Virus record (IMG/VR): IMGVR_UViG_2816332268_000002
Span: 1-64,000 of that record
DNA length: 64,000 bases
From: a virus
Taxonomy: Duplodnaviria > Caudoviricetes
Direction: 5' to 3' (one strand)
In this document: positions 47,201 to 55,880 of the stretch, piece after piece
How positions within the stretch are numbered: position 1 is the first letter of the stretch
Layout of the letters: each line of letters opens with the position of its first letter
Notes under the pieces: generated by a model
What the model was told of the DNA's origin: nothing
The model's database searches: none
What the model saw: the letters and a program-made list of their open reading frames with translations, nothing else
Program-made: the position numbers and the translations under genes

Positions 47201-47244
47201 GTGACATCCATTACGTCATCTACGCAATCGAGTTCAAACGATAA
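41212..47244 (+). CDS. Central tail fibre / host specificity protein J (I-J fusion, FN3, coiled repeats, ILEI-like insert, DUF1983)
   Basis: PVPVCYG, NPAW, YTVKID..GYVAGFGL, ISSALIGDASIDNAKI; start codon uncertain (41200 or 41212). Confidence 0.9.
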   Translation: MQSSELAQVINVRRIVNPLDPLYEIETEHWAYRPGATLADYLPLVLVEEVVVSRNGGIVESKDFGLVFPQPDDFIVLCPIPRGGGGFKGIFRMIAMVAVAIVAPELAGALVSLGGIGLAAAVGSAGLTAITAAVTVGIAVAGSLLINAIMPPPTPTNSSNNSLSSSSTYGADGAKNTSAEGLPVPVCYGAFQMAGNIIGAYTENVDNSQILYMLINAGEGPIASISNIRLNDRDISEFKEVAVQTRMGDPTQGVIDWFSKVIVPHSKSQILPHDSSYLQFSTSDSVEQVRLDFTFPAGLFALDRNSGDMQTNTCVIEADYRLVGATDWTPFSATQPSYKNVKIRPKIYRGGFLGNDYPSDPSDKITDFAIVYSDTNTDVDSSLVAALKNQYWNYVGRPYSTWLSAFGGMWISTSISIPGRGGALIVTEKMRSTVRRSYFTPQLPLGKYEVRVRRNENYTDWTSGNPRVIRGQPITGDTSQSECYITDLNEIVYEGVAYNHTALVALRVQMDSQLSGIPSVTFTNGGRLITTMTRDKGVIQTAQSASANPAWVYYDMATNGRYGPGFSPDRLDMDSLFEWAEFCDSNGLTFNAVLDQTMNFWDASAYVLRVGHAQVITVGTRYYIAIERASDPVMMFGMGNIMQDTFKQTWLGTVDRATEVDVTYFDRTDGYREKTVKVTNPDSVLEGQKQNASAITLYGVVDIKRAYMEGAFQLNLNRYLQLTCEWQSPVESIACAPGDVVLVQHDMPAWSESGRTAAGSSNSVIKLDKLVTMEAGGRYRLLVLSNTVTRGTSVIQAITGTFVQVANGTPSGRLMRLTNGAGADVGITNVLPDGVYVESTAGLSVGQPVTFIDTDVVEEHDVVLAPGQTDTVQLVSPMSYAPGPFINYMFGKTEKVKKPFRIKGVTLGSSDFHRTITAIEYRPEVYDLSQYEEVYGSLEVPSIDPSQGVISAVQNLTIYEETFVSGTQILTNVRAAWANPVVGAYAGADIHLSINGATPVLADTVRGDTSYLVKGLNKGDTVTVRAVAYDIWGKRASYDQSPTVTYKVVGSVSNLAVADVTGVNFIWAGKDLKLFWNYNSTTQSFEFGSEPNGADSGSLDPHFLDYEVRVYDHSHKLLRVEHTRDNNYIYTYEKNVADGTHRRVTVEIAVRDVFNNVGRPAVMDAYNPPPTVVSANQSADYDRVTISYTHSDDTDFAGAAIYLSDDPNFVADSTTLVYQGPDSSVLLPNLMFNHDYYYVLVPFDAFGMDETIPTPKFKFHTPFMDVNAIADGVLNGSKLIPELQQRIDLVDGNGLGSVNQRVQEAIDTANKAIAAASATSAAATKDALDAEAAARKVAEGALTAAITTEQQTRQAADDSLSSQVQSVTARVDQNAAAIQTEQTARANADSSLSTRIDTVVATTSNNTAAITSEQKARTDADSSLSTRIDTVTASVASANAAIVNEQTARANADSANASSISSVQAQLGNALLFRVSSNGASAVGAAATGLYNAVSGVKLQGGARSYNVATVDATGAVTARGSFDVFSSTAARDNLVTLLNGLPNTVTVVVWTFDEPQGNLAGALQNALVRCGATNAVLSQVKYRSAYILVGVPGSNEGSGTELYAGAVDSDTKAFLTYTFQVLNGRPVATAGGQLPMVIQASVTSETNARVAADGALGSRIDAVVASAAGNTAAITTEQTARASADSALSTRIDTLSSTVGSNTAAITTEQKTRSDADSALSSRIDTLASSVSSNTAAITTEQTARANGDSANAASITNLTTTVNGHTTTIQQQASSINGLNAQYTVKIDNNGYVAGFGLASTTVNGVPTSEFAVRTDTFSVNLPGYAGVHPFTIGAVYGQPKVIISSALIGDASIDNAKIGDLQVNTAKIADGSINSAKIGYAAIQSAHIGEAQIDTLRIGQNAVTTGVYWETTSGSNYGSGFTYRSTGNPVLFIFAGLSTSAFGGVLSVDGKQLGAYIGGRTNQQNNVAMGLPLPTYGCCSANLAPGDHSVSITGDIHYVIYAIEFKR

Positions 47245-47253
47245 GGAAGCAGC

Positions 47254-47613
47254 ATGCAGGACTATTTGATTTACGACAGCGATGGCCGAATCACGACGCG
47301 TGCCCGGATGCCGGACGCAATGATCGACATCCAAGTCGTGCCAGAGGGAGGCACGCTGCTGCGTGCACAGTGTGACATTGCTCTGGACTGGGTCGAGGCA
47401 GGCGAAGTTAAGCGTCGCCCGGCCAATCCGGCCACCATTGACGGGATGTCGCTCAAGAACCTGCCGGCGCGATGCACGATCGTCGTTAATGGCGAAGCGC
47501 ATGAATGCGCCGACAATAGCGCAACCCTGTCGTTCAGCCAGCCGGGCACCTATCCGGTGATCGTAAAGGCGTGGCCGATGCTCGATGCAATTTTCGAGGT
47601 GACACAAGCATGA
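47254..47613 (+). CDS. Tail tip accessory protein
   Basis: AAGGA RBS, directly after J. Confidence 0.65.
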   Translation: MQDYLIYDSDGRITTRARMPDAMIDIQVVPEGGTLLRAQCDIALDWVEAGEVKRRPANPATIDGMSLKNLPARCTIVVNGEAHECADNSATLSFSQPGTYPVIVKAWPMLDAIFEVTQA

Positions 47614-47798
47614 AGATCCATCACGAGGTCGACCCGACCCCACTGCGGCAGGCCGACTACCAGGACGTCGGTGAGCAGCTCGACGCCATCATGAAGGGGT
47701 TCGACGCGCTGGCGCGGCAGGGCATCCAGCTCCCGGGCGAGACGCTCGAATGGATCCGACACTGCAACGAGGTGAAGGACCGCTACAAGAAGGAGTGA
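47610..47798 (+). CDS. Small tail fibre chaperone-like protein
   Basis: RQADY..VGEQLDAI...VKDRY motif. Confidence 0.65.
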   Translation: MKIHHEVDPTPLRQADYQDVGEQLDAIMKGFDALARQGIQLPGETLEWIRHCNEVKDRYKKE

Positions 47799-47823
47799 AC
47801 TCGGCTTGTGCGTGCCTTGTAGA

Positions 47824-47841
47824 TAAGTCAGCAATGACTTA
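47824..47841. promoter_or_regulatory. Operator in spacer of TTGTAG-17-TATACT promoter
   Basis: TAAGTCA-GCAA-TGACTTA, perfect arms. Confidence 0.85.
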
Positions 47842-47880
47842 TACTCGCCGGAACTAGAAAGTCGGCAAGGGCACTCACGG

Positions 47881-50800
47881 ATGGCACAACTCAAGGTCAA
47901 ATGTTCGATCGACAACGGCGGTCAGACCGTGACGTTGCCCGGTCAGAACGTGGCATACCGCATTCGGGCGAACAATATTTTCCTGATCGTTGGAGAGTAT
48001 GTGCCCTATGTGGTTGCCGCCGACGCGACCTTCGATGGCACGAGCACGAAGTTCACGCTCGCTGGTGCCTATCAAGGGCAGGGTGGTGTCGGTCTTGATT
48101 GCGCTGTTGCGACGGACTTCACCGTGCCGGACAACCTCCCGACGCTTTCGCAGGGCGATGTCGGCACAGCCGCGATCTTCACGAAGGCGATGTATCAGAT
48201 CCAGGACATGATCAAAGAGGTCAGCCCGGAAGGTTTTGCCGCATCGATCAGTGAGATCCACGCCAGTCTGAACGGAGCGCAACAGGCACAGGCCGCTGCA
48301 GCCGGTTCGGCCGGCGCAGCCGCGGACAGCGCGGCGAACGCAGCCGGCAGTGCGACTGCAGCGGCAGGCAGCTCAAGCGCGGCTGCAGCGAGCAAGTCTG
48401 CCGCTGCAACGAGCGCGGCCAACGCAAAGACAAGTGAGACGAACGCGGCTGCATCAGCGACCGCGGCCGCGAACTCCGCCACGTCGTCCGCGAACAGCGC
48501 TTCGAACTCGGGTTCTTCTGCTTCTGCGTCCGCAGCAAGCTCTATCAGCGCAGCAAACAGCGCGACAAATGCGGCAAACTCGGCAAGCGCTGCGGCAGCA
48601 TCAGCAACGAACGCAAAGGCATCCGAGACAAATTCGAAGACGTCCGAGACGAACGCGAAGACCAGCGAGACGAATGCAAAGGCGTCGGAAACGAGCGCCG
48701 CGTCGTCGAAGGCTGCTGCGGCAACGAGCGCAACCAATGCTGCGAACTCGGCAACCGCTGCTGCGGGTTCGGCCACGGCCGCTGCCGGCTCGGCGAGCGC
48801 GGCGAGTGCATCGGCATCGAGCGCGAGCAGCGCGCTTACGCAGGTTCAGGGCATCCTGACCACAATGAACGCCCTGTATCTGGGCAAGCAGTCTGCCGAC
48901 CCGACCAAGGATAACAACGGTAACCCGCTCGTCGTGGGCTGCGAGTATTTCAACACGACGACGAACCAGATGCGGGTCTACACCAGCACTGGCTGGCAAG
49001 ACCAAGACGCGACTGCCGAAACGATGGCAGCGAACGCGACCGCGAGCGCATCCCAGGCTGCCGGATCGGCCACTGCCGCCGACAACAGCGCCGCAGCTGC
49101 CGCGAGCAGCGCATCGTCGGCCAGCTCGTCGAAGGCTGCAGCCGCAACCAGTGCCACCAACGCGGCGAATTCAGCCAGCGCCGCGGCCGCCTCGCAAACC
49201 AGCGCGGCGACGAGCGCAACGAATGCGGCAAACAGCGCAACGGCCGCGGCGAATAGTGCTGCGCAGGCCCAGACTGCAGTGAGCGGCTACGCCAAGCTTG
49301 ACGGAAGCTCGCCGTTCACGGGGCCGGTCAGTGTCAACAGCGCGCCTACTGCTACGAGCGCGCAGCTCTCCGTTAAGGGCGCGTCCGGCGCAAACGGCGT
49401 CGAAAGCAAGATGCGGTTTTGGGGCACGTTCGGTGGCACCAATACCGATACCGGGTCGCGTCTCATCGCCTCAGTTCGGGCAGGCTTCGACGGCGGAGCA
49501 TGGGGCAAGGAATACCTGGACTTCCTCGTAAACAATTCCGCAAATGATTCTCAGAGCGACGCCAATCAAGCGCGCGCGATGCGGCTGACGTTCGGCGGTC
49601 GAGTGCTTGTGGGTGATACGTCCGACGACGGTTATTCGGGCCTACAGGTCGCAGGAAGCGGGACGTTTGGCGGTGGTGTCACGTCTTCGGGTCTTGATCG
49701 CGGCGGTGCGAATTTCCGGCTGATGAACGGCAAGGACGTGCTGCTGCGAAATGATGGTTCGAACTTCTACTTCCTGCTTTCCAATGGAAGTGGCACCGGG
49801 GCATCGTGGAACAACTATCGGCCGCTTACGATCAATGTTGCCACGGGTGTCGTGTCAATTGACGACACGGGAGTAGGGACGTATGTCGGCGGTCAACTGA
49901 ACGTCAAGGGCATGCTCAACGTGAGCAACGGTCCTGCGGAGGGGCGCGCACTCTTCGGCCCGAGCGGTGGTTACTACTTCGGAAGCGCGACTCAGGCTGG
50001 GTTCTATCTCCCATCTTCCGGGGCGATGTTCGCGTTCGATTTCGCCAAGAAGAATCTGGTTATCGGCAGTGGGAGCGAGGTGTGGCATGCAGGGAACCTG
50101 TCGAGCCCGGCGCAAACGACCGGCATCACTATGTCTGGGCAGTTTCTGGCCGCTGAGGGTTCGGTAGGGACGCCGGGTATTGCGTTTGCGAACGATGGCG
50201 CGCCGGACACTGGCTTTTTTCACGTTGCTGACGGCGTATTTGCAATCACCAATAACAGCCGAGAAACGATGCGGTTTCTGGCTGCTGACGGAACCTATCA
50301 GAATAACCGCGTGCTCATCGGCACGACCGTCGACGACGGCAACATGTTGCAGGTCGGCGGTAACGCTGTTACTCGCGGACTCCACCGATTCGGCAGCGGC
50401 GCAACCACGGCGTGGGTAAACAGTGATGCCACATGGGGTTACTTTCGCTCCAACGGCAATGTGTCGGTCGGGAGTGAAGGTGCTACAGGCTCGCTGCAGC
50501 TGCTTGCAGGGAAAGCAGAGGCCGCGCGGCTGTATCCGGGCGGCCGGATGACGATCGGCGGAATCGCTGACGACGGCACTACGTCTCTCCAATCGAAGGG
50601 GGCGATCAAGGCGATAGGGTCGGTTGGCGCGTTCGTGGCGACGAACGGCGGCGGCGATAAGCAGACCTCGATCATCCTTCGTCGGGAAGCCGCCCCCACC
50701 GATCAAAAACAGTGGGAAGTTCTTCACGGCGGCGATGGCGCGTTCACAATTCGGGCCGTGAACGATGCCTATAGCCAGGCGCAGGACGCGTTCTATATTT

Positions 50801-52299
50801 CTCGAGGCGCTGGCATCGCGGCAGGCAATATCGGCCTGATGCCGAATGGTGGGCGAGTCCTCGTCGGCACGACGACTGACGACGGCACGAACCTGCTGCA
50901 AGTGGCCGGCACCGGCATGTTCTCGAACGCCGTTTCCGCCTACAGCAGCACGAACGACACGCAGGTTACGTTGTCGACGTCAAATTACAGCGGCGGCGCA
51001 ACGCTGGAGGCGTTCAACAAGGCCAACACGTCCAAAAAGAACATCGCATTGGCGCCTTGGGGTGGACGAGTCCTTATCGGGAGCGCGGCTGACGACGCCA
51101 CGTCTCTGCTGCAGGTGGGCGGGAAGGCGCGGTTCACCGGCGACGTGCGGACATCCGATTCGAACGGCTTCCGGGTTGTGTATGGCAACTACGGCGCTTT
51201 TCTGCGAAACGACGGCTCGGACGTTTATCTCCTGCAAACGGCGAGCGGGGATCAGTCTGGGCTGTGGAATAGCTATCGGCCGTTTGCGTGGAACCTCTCG
51301 AGCGGCTATGTCTCGATCGATAGCACGGGCTCGGGGGCTTCGTTCGGGGGCAATGTTGGAGTTTCGGGAACGCTGACGGTCAGCAAGGACGCCCGTGTCG
51401 CGACGACTGGTGGCAATCTGATGGTTGGCGGCCTTTCCTACGCAAGTGGCACGAACGCCACCATCGCGCCCGATGGAAACGTCTGGGGAACGCAGTGGGG
51501 CAGCCAGTGGCTCCGCACGTTCCTGGATACTACGTTCGTCCATAAGGCCGGAGACACGCTCACGAGCGATCTGCGTGTGCGCGCGCCGAACAACGCCACT
51601 GCCGCCGGCGCAGTGTTCGCTCGTCCGGATAACACCGCACTCGCATGGCTCCACGGCTCGATGAGCAACGGGGGCGCATACGGTTACTCGTCCTGGGCGA
51701 CGATGAACCCGGATGGCTCGTGGCGTGCGAACGTCATCACTGTGAATGGCACGGACAACTCCGCGACCATCATGAACTTGCGCGCCAACGGAGTGACGTA
51801 TCTCAGCGACCGAATCACTCTCGACCGCGCTGGCTGGCAGGCTGACATCGGGCTGCACAATAACCGGCAGGGGCAGGATTCGTGGACATACCTGCGCGCC
51901 CGTGACGGTGGCGGCCTCGAAGTCATCAACAGCGCTTACAACGGCGTGCCGTGGAACGTCAGCAACGACGGCCAGACGTGGCAAAACGGTAACCTGCACG
52001 TCGGCGGATCGACTTTGCAGACGGACGGGAATCTGTGGCAAGGCTATCGTAGCCGCTGGCTTTCCGACGACATGGGGAAGCTCGATGACGCATGGAATAA
52101 AGCGAACGACGCGCAAGTAAACCGGGCTGACCGGGGCGCGCAGTGCCAGATTGTGGCACTCGAAGAAGTTGGCCCCTACGATATGACCCAAGGCACGCAA
52201 TTTTGGATTCGTCGGGATAACCCGTGGGTCATGAATGGTATCGGGTTTGCGGGCGGTAACCGCTGCTGGGTCCGCTTCGCATGGCTCCGTAACAACTAG
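47881..52299 (+). CDS. Side tail fibre (Stf-like, modular)
   Basis: Ala/Ser repeats (AKTSETNA), repeated GGRVL.G...DD....LQV.G modules. Confidence 0.88.
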   Translation: MAQLKVKCSIDNGGQTVTLPGQNVAYRIRANNIFLIVGEYVPYVVAADATFDGTSTKFTLAGAYQGQGGVGLDCAVATDFTVPDNLPTLSQGDVGTAAIFTKAMYQIQDMIKEVSPEGFAASISEIHASLNGAQQAQAAAAGSAGAAADSAANAAGSATAAAGSSSAAAASKSAAATSAANAKTSETNAAASATAAANSATSSANSASNSGSSASASAASSISAANSATNAANSASAAAASATNAKASETNSKTSETNAKTSETNAKASETSAASSKAAAATSATNAANSATAAAGSATAAAGSASAASASASSASSALTQVQGILTTMNALYLGKQSADPTKDNNGNPLVVGCEYFNTTTNQMRVYTSTGWQDQDATAETMAANATASASQAAGSATAADNSAAAAASSASSASSSKAAAATSATNAANSASAAAASQTSAATSATNAANSATAAANSAAQAQTAVSGYAKLDGSSPFTGPVSVNSAPTATSAQLSVKGASGANGVESKMRFWGTFGGTNTDTGSRLIASVRAGFDGGAWGKEYLDFLVNNSANDSQSDANQARAMRLTFGGRVLVGDTSDDGYSGLQVAGSGTFGGGVTSSGLDRGGANFRLMNGKDVLLRNDGSNFYFLLSNGSGTGASWNNYRPLTINVATGVVSIDDTGVGTYVGGQLNVKGMLNVSNGPAEGRALFGPSGGYYFGSATQAGFYLPSSGAMFAFDFAKKNLVIGSGSEVWHAGNLSSPAQTTGITMSGQFLAAEGSVGTPGIAFANDGAPDTGFFHVADGVFAITNNSRETMRFLAADGTYQNNRVLIGTTVDDGNMLQVGGNAVTRGLHRFGSGATTAWVNSDATWGYFRSNGNVSVGSEGATGSLQLLAGKAEAARLYPGGRMTIGGIADDGTTSLQSKGAIKAIGSVGAFVATNGGGDKQTSIILRREAAPTDQKQWEVLHGGDGAFTIRAVNDAYSQAQDAFYISRGAGIAAGNIGLMPNGGRVLVGTTTDDGTNLLQVAGTGMFSNAVSAYSSTNDTQVTLSTSNYSGGATLEAFNKANTSKKNIALAPWGGRVLIGSAADDATSLLQVGGKARFTGDVRTSDSNGFRVVYGNYGAFLRNDGSDVYLLQTASGDQSGLWNSYRPFAWNLSSGYVSIDSTGSGASFGGNVGVSGTLTVSKDARVATTGGNLMVGGLSYASGTNATIAPDGNVWGTQWGSQWLRTFLDTTFVHKAGDTLTSDLRVRAPNNATAAGAVFARPDNTALAWLHGSMSNGGAYGYSSWATMNPDGSWRANVITVNGTDNSATIMNLRANGVTYLSDRITLDRAGWQADIGLHNNRQGQDSWTYLRARDGGGLEVINSAYNGVPWNVSNDGQTWQNGNLHVGGSTLQTDGNLWQGYRSRWLSDDMGKLDDAWNKANDAQVNRADRGAQCQIVALEEVGPYDMTQGTQFWIRRDNPWVMNGIGFAGGNRCWVRFAWLRNN

Positions 52300-52310
52300 T
52301 AAGGATACCT

Positions 52311-52712
52311 ATGACTGAAGAATTTGTGACGTTGGATGAATTGCTGTTTGCCCTTCAGCAAGAGTATCCGGATTTGGTCGGAGGCAAGGATTACTTGCTT
52401 GCTCGGGCGCTCAATCCGGACGGCACGCCAAAGGAACATGCGCGAGTCCATAAGTGGCCTGACGGTATCGACAGGCCGGATGCAGACTGGATACAGGCGC
52501 ATGTCGCTGCGCACCGGAAAGCGTTCCAAGAAGCCCCAGTGCGTAATCAACGAGATCAGCTGTTGGCGCAGACGGATTGGACACAGGCAGCAGATGTGCC
52601 GGCGACCACCGCCGCACGATATGCAGCCTACAGGCAGGCGTTGCGAGATCTGCCGGAGCAGGCCGGCTGGCCGCTCGATGTTCAGTGGCCAACGCCACCG
52701 AATCGCACTTGA
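52311..52712 (+). CDS. Tail fibre assembly chaperone
   Basis: RNQRDQLLAQTDWTQ..D...YRQALRDLPEQAGWP..V.WP. Confidence 0.88.
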   Translation: MTEEFVTLDELLFALQQEYPDLVGGKDYLLARALNPDGTPKEHARVHKWPDGIDRPDADWIQAHVAAHRKAFQEAPVRNQRDQLLAQTDWTQAADVPATTAARYAAYRQALRDLPEQAGWPLDVQWPTPPNRT

Positions 52713-52754
52713 CACCGGGCCAGGCCCGATCACTTTCAACCACAGGAGCCAAAC

Positions 52755-53087
52755 ATGGCGATCAAGCAAGCAGTTGTTCTCGAATCCACCGGCGCTACTG
52801 CCGAGTATCACGTTGTCACTCAGGTGATGATCGATACGCTCAGCAAGACGACGAGCGCGACGATCATGAGCTACGTCTCGGCGGACACGCACACGTCGGG
52901 GAAGCAGCCGATTCAGGGCGCGACGACCATCTACATGCAGGGTATCCCCGATGCGAACGAGGGCGCGATTTCGTTCGCTGAAAAGCTGCTGATTATCAGC
53001 AAGCCGGAAGACGGTGATCAGACCGCCGGTGTGCTGCCGTATGGCGCGAACCGCTACATGCTCGCGGGAGGCACGATCGTCGAGTAA
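52755..53087 (+). CDS. Tail-associated hypothetical protein
   Basis: AGGAG RBS; TGATAEYHVV. Confidence 0.7.
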   Translation: MAIKQAVVLESTGATAEYHVVTQVMIDTLSKTTSATIMSYVSADTHTSGKQPIQGATTIYMQGIPDANEGAISFAEKLLIISKPEDGDQTAGVLPYGANRYMLAGGTIVE

Positions 53088-53112
53088 TAGCCCGTTGATG
53101 TAGTCCATATAG

Positions 53113-53130
53113 TAAGTCACTAATGACTAT
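53113..53130. promoter_or_regulatory. Operator upstream of lysis cassette
   Basis: TAAGTCA-CTAA-TGACTAT. Confidence 0.8.
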
Positions 53131-53200
53131 ACATCGTCGATGTTTGCGGATAACATCGGCGATGTTTTTATCCGCTGAGCGAGAGACTGCGAAGGGACTT

Positions 53201-53569
53201 ATGACCGCTGAAAAGGACAACGACGTGTCGGAGCTCGCCGCGCTGGGTAGCCAGATCAGGGACGTGCAGGGGCACGTCGCCGAAATCAAGACTGGGATGG
53301 GCCAAGTTGCGGACGCGATCGTCCGCCTGGCAGTGATCGAAGAGCGCCATCTGGCAACGCGTGCGCGCGTCGAGAAGCTCGAGGATCGCATGGTCGACGT
53401 ATCGAGCCGAACAACCGAGCTCGAGAAGTCGCACATCAAGTATGAAGCGCGGTTCGCCGGCGCCACATGGACGGCCAAGGCCGTATGGGCGCTGCTTGGA
53501 GGCGCTGCTCTGACTATCGCCGGCAAGCTGTTGATGATGGCAATGGCAGCTCCGGCCGCTACGCACTAA
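53201..53569 (+). CDS. Holin/antiholin-like protein (coiled coil plus C-terminal TM)
   Basis: Hydrophobic C-terminus, directly upstream of endolysin. Confidence 0.55.
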   Translation: MTAEKDNDVSELAALGSQIRDVQGHVAEIKTGMGQVADAIVRLAVIEERHLATRARVEKLEDRMVDVSSRTTELEKSHIKYEARFAGATWTAKAVWALLGGAALTIAGKLLMMAMAAPAATH

Positions 53570-53581
53570 GGGGGCCGCGCC

Positions 53582-54124
53582 ATGAACATGACTTATTCCA
53601 AGACCGGACTGCAACTGACGGAGCACTTCGAGGGCTGCGTGCTTTACGCCTACCCGGATCCGAAGTCTCCGCTGGGGGTAGAGCTCCAACGCCGCGGGCT
53701 CTGGAAGAAAACGCTCGCCGGTGCGCCGATCGCTGCCGACCTACTCAACAAGTTGAGCGCGCGGCCGTGGACGATCGGCTACGGCCATACCGGGCCGGAA
53801 GTGCGTTACGGGCTGGTATGGACGCAAGCGCAAGCGGAGGCGGCACTGATGAAGGATGTGCAGGCTGCGGTCGACGCAGTCAACCGTCTCGTGAAGGTGC
53901 CGCTGAGCCAATGCCAGTTCGATGCGCTCGTCGATTTTGTCTTCAACCTCGGCGAAACGCGATTTGCGGGCTCCACCATGCTGCGTCTGCTGAACGCCGG
54001 TCTGTATGAGGCCGCCGCCAACGAATTCCAAAGGTGGGATATGGCAGGCGGCGTTCACGTTGCGGGCCTGCTGCGGCGCCGGCAAGCCGAAGCGCGGGAA
54101 TTCCGCTGCGAGGAGCCGGCATGA
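53582..54124 (+). CDS. Endolysin, GH24 lysozyme
   Basis: FEG...AYPD...WTIGYGHT...QFDALV.FVFNLG...GLLRRRQAE. Confidence 0.95.
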   Translation: MNMTYSKTGLQLTEHFEGCVLYAYPDPKSPLGVELQRRGLWKKTLAGAPIAADLLNKLSARPWTIGYGHTGPEVRYGLVWTQAQAEAALMKDVQAAVDAVNRLVKVPLSQCQFDALVDFVFNLGETRFAGSTMLRLLNAGLYEAAANEFQRWDMAGGVHVAGLLRRRQAEAREFRCEEPA

Positions 54125-54390
54125 GCCTGCTTAAGCTGAAGATCTTCTTCCACCACTTGTTCACGGAAGTCGATAACGCGACGCCGGATCTGGCGAAATA
54201 CATGGCCGCGATCACGTCGCTGGACTTTGTGTTCACGCAGACGTGGGACACCGTCGTCAACAAGGTTCCGTTCAATGCTACGGCATTCGGCACAGGCGGC
54301 GCGGCTTTGTTCGCCGGCATCGGTGTGTGGATGGCTGTGAAGAAGGACTCCCCGATGAAGACCGACGATGAGACGAAGGAGGCAGGCTGA
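54121..54390 (+). CDS. Putative holin
   Basis: Small protein with hydrophobic segments between lysozyme and spanin. Confidence 0.5.
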   Translation: MSLLKLKIFFHHLFTEVDNATPDLAKYMAAITSLDFVFTQTWDTVVNKVPFNATAFGTGGAALFAGIGVWMAVKKDSPMKTDDETKEAG

Positions 54391-54974
54391 TGAATCCGCT
54401 CGCGAAGATTGGTGTGCTTGCGCTTGCCTGCGCCATCGCCTTCGGCGCAGGCGCCTACGTCGACCGCCAGTTCGTGCTGGCATCGCGGGCAAAGCAGGAG
54501 GTGAAGGTTGTTGCGGGTGTAGCGACCGGCGTCGCAGTGGCGCAGACGAAGAGCAAGACGGTCGAGGCGGCAGTGACTGTCACTGCCGACAACATCGATC
54601 AGAACAAGGTCGCTATCCGTCATCGGGTTGCGGCGCAGATCAAGCGGGCCGTCGCGCCCGCGCCCACTCCCAGTGAGGAAGCACATGAAACGATGCGCGC
54701 TGCTTGCGGCGGCTTTTATCTTGATGTCGGCACTGTCCGCATGCTCAACGCAAGCCGCGCCGGAGTCGCTTTTCATTCCACCGCAAGCGGCGATGAAGCG
54801 GGCGACGCCGCTCCGGCCCTTTGCTTTACCGACTTCGTCGACGCCGACCAAGAACTGACGAAGCTCTACTTGGACCTGGCGCAGCGCCACGACGCGCTCG
54901 TCGATTCGGTGGAACAGTTTCAGAAGGAGCAGCGCGCGCGACTCGGTGTCGATGACACGCCGCTCGGCAAGTAG
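54390..54974 (+). CDS. Inner-membrane spanin (Rz-like)
   Basis: N-terminal TM, coiled coil, periplasmic Cys. Confidence 0.75.
   Translation: MNPLAKIGVLALACAIAFGAGAYVDRQFVLASRAKQEVKVVAGVATGVAVAQTKSKTVEAAVTVTADNIDQNKVAIRHRVAAQIKRAVAPAPTPSEEAHETMRAACGGFYLDVGTVRMLNASRAGVAFHSTASGDEAGDAAPALCFTDFVDADQELTKLYLDLAQRHDALVDSVEQFQKEQRARLGVDDTPLGK
54685..54858 (+). CDS. Outer-membrane lipoprotein spanin (Rz1-like), embedded in +1 frame
   Basis: GAGGAA RBS; MKRCALLAAAFILMSALSAC lipobox; Pro-rich mature part. Confidence 0.75.
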   Translation: MKRCALLAAAFILMSALSACSTQAAPESLFIPPQAAMKRATPLRPFALPTSSTPTKN

Positions 54975-55128
54975 GAAGCCTCCCCGAGCCGCATCTTCTC
55001 GGGGAGGATCTAGGATTGCTTGGGGCCAGGACCGCGCTCCCTCAATTTCTAACCTTTCTAAATTCCATGAACCTATACCTATAATTAATCTGAAACTTAT
55101 CAATAATGGAAATGAGAGGAAGCCCCAA

Positions 55129-55815
55129 GTGCTCCATGAATTTTTCGGCCAGTCGTTGACACCGGCGGATTGCGAAATGCTTGCGTTGTCTCGTATCGCG
55201 CCGTCGTCGCGGGCGGTGGAGGCGCTGCTATTTCTGCGTAAGTGGTTCGACTACCGCCATCTGCATCCCGTGCAAGCGACGTATCTATTCGCTCACGAGT
55301 ATCACGATGCAATCAAGCGGGCATACGCACGGCAGAAGGACATCCGCACTGTCGAGAAGATCAAGCCGATCGACGTAGCGGGGTTGTTCGATAGCCGGGA
55401 GCTGGCCGCCGTATGGCGAGCGAGGCAGGCGTTCGACGCGGTCGGATGCCGGTATGAGTTCGGCCTCGACTTCGTCGTGCGCCGGGCATGCGATCGCGGT
55501 TGGCGGACATTTCCCCGGCCCAACCAGCTCTATGCAGAAGAGGTGGCGCTGGATCTGCGCGACGCATGGATTGCCGAATGCAAGAAGTCAATCCAGCTGG
55601 CGCGTGACGAGCGTTTTCTGATTGAGAACTACCGCGGCCACCCTGACCAAATTGCATACCAAGCGTGGCAGATCGACCAGATCAAGAGCCGCGGTGGTAA
55701 CCGGGCAATGCTGCTTTCGCGGCTGCTGAGCGAGCGGGCCGTCTCTGAATCGGTGGCACGCGCGGCGTTCGGCGAGGTGACACTGCAGCAAGCGAAGCGT
55801 TTTTTTCTCAATTAG
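55129..55815 (+). CDS. Replication-module hypothetical protein
   Basis: GAGGA RBS, GTG start; KWFDYRHLHP. Confidence 0.7.
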   Translation: MLHEFFGQSLTPADCEMLALSRIAPSSRAVEALLFLRKWFDYRHLHPVQATYLFAHEYHDAIKRAYARQKDIRTVEKIKPIDVAGLFDSRELAAVWRARQAFDAVGCRYEFGLDFVVRRACDRGWRTFPRPNQLYAEEVALDLRDAWIAECKKSIQLARDERFLIENYRGHPDQIAYQAWQIDQIKSRGGNRAMLLSRLLSERAVSESVARAAFGEVTLQQAKRFFLN

Positions 55816-55817
55816 AG

Positions 55818-55841
55818 TAAGTAAGCAATGACTATAATTAA
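55818..55841. promoter_or_regulatory. Operator overlapping TATAAT
   Basis: AGTAAGTAAGCAATGACTATAATT is identical to the copy at 58766. Confidence 0.8.
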
Positions 55842-55880
55842 GTCATCGCTAATTTTTCATCAACTCACTGGAGTTCCAGC

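Noticed and set aside
48270-49290. Ala/Ser low-complexity repeats as a DNA repeat element
   Set aside because: Protein-level Stf-type repeats with degenerate codons; normal for side fibres
47881-53087. Diversity-generating retroelement or invertible tail-fibre cassette
   Set aside because: No reverse transcriptase, invertase or TR/VR pair seen in the window
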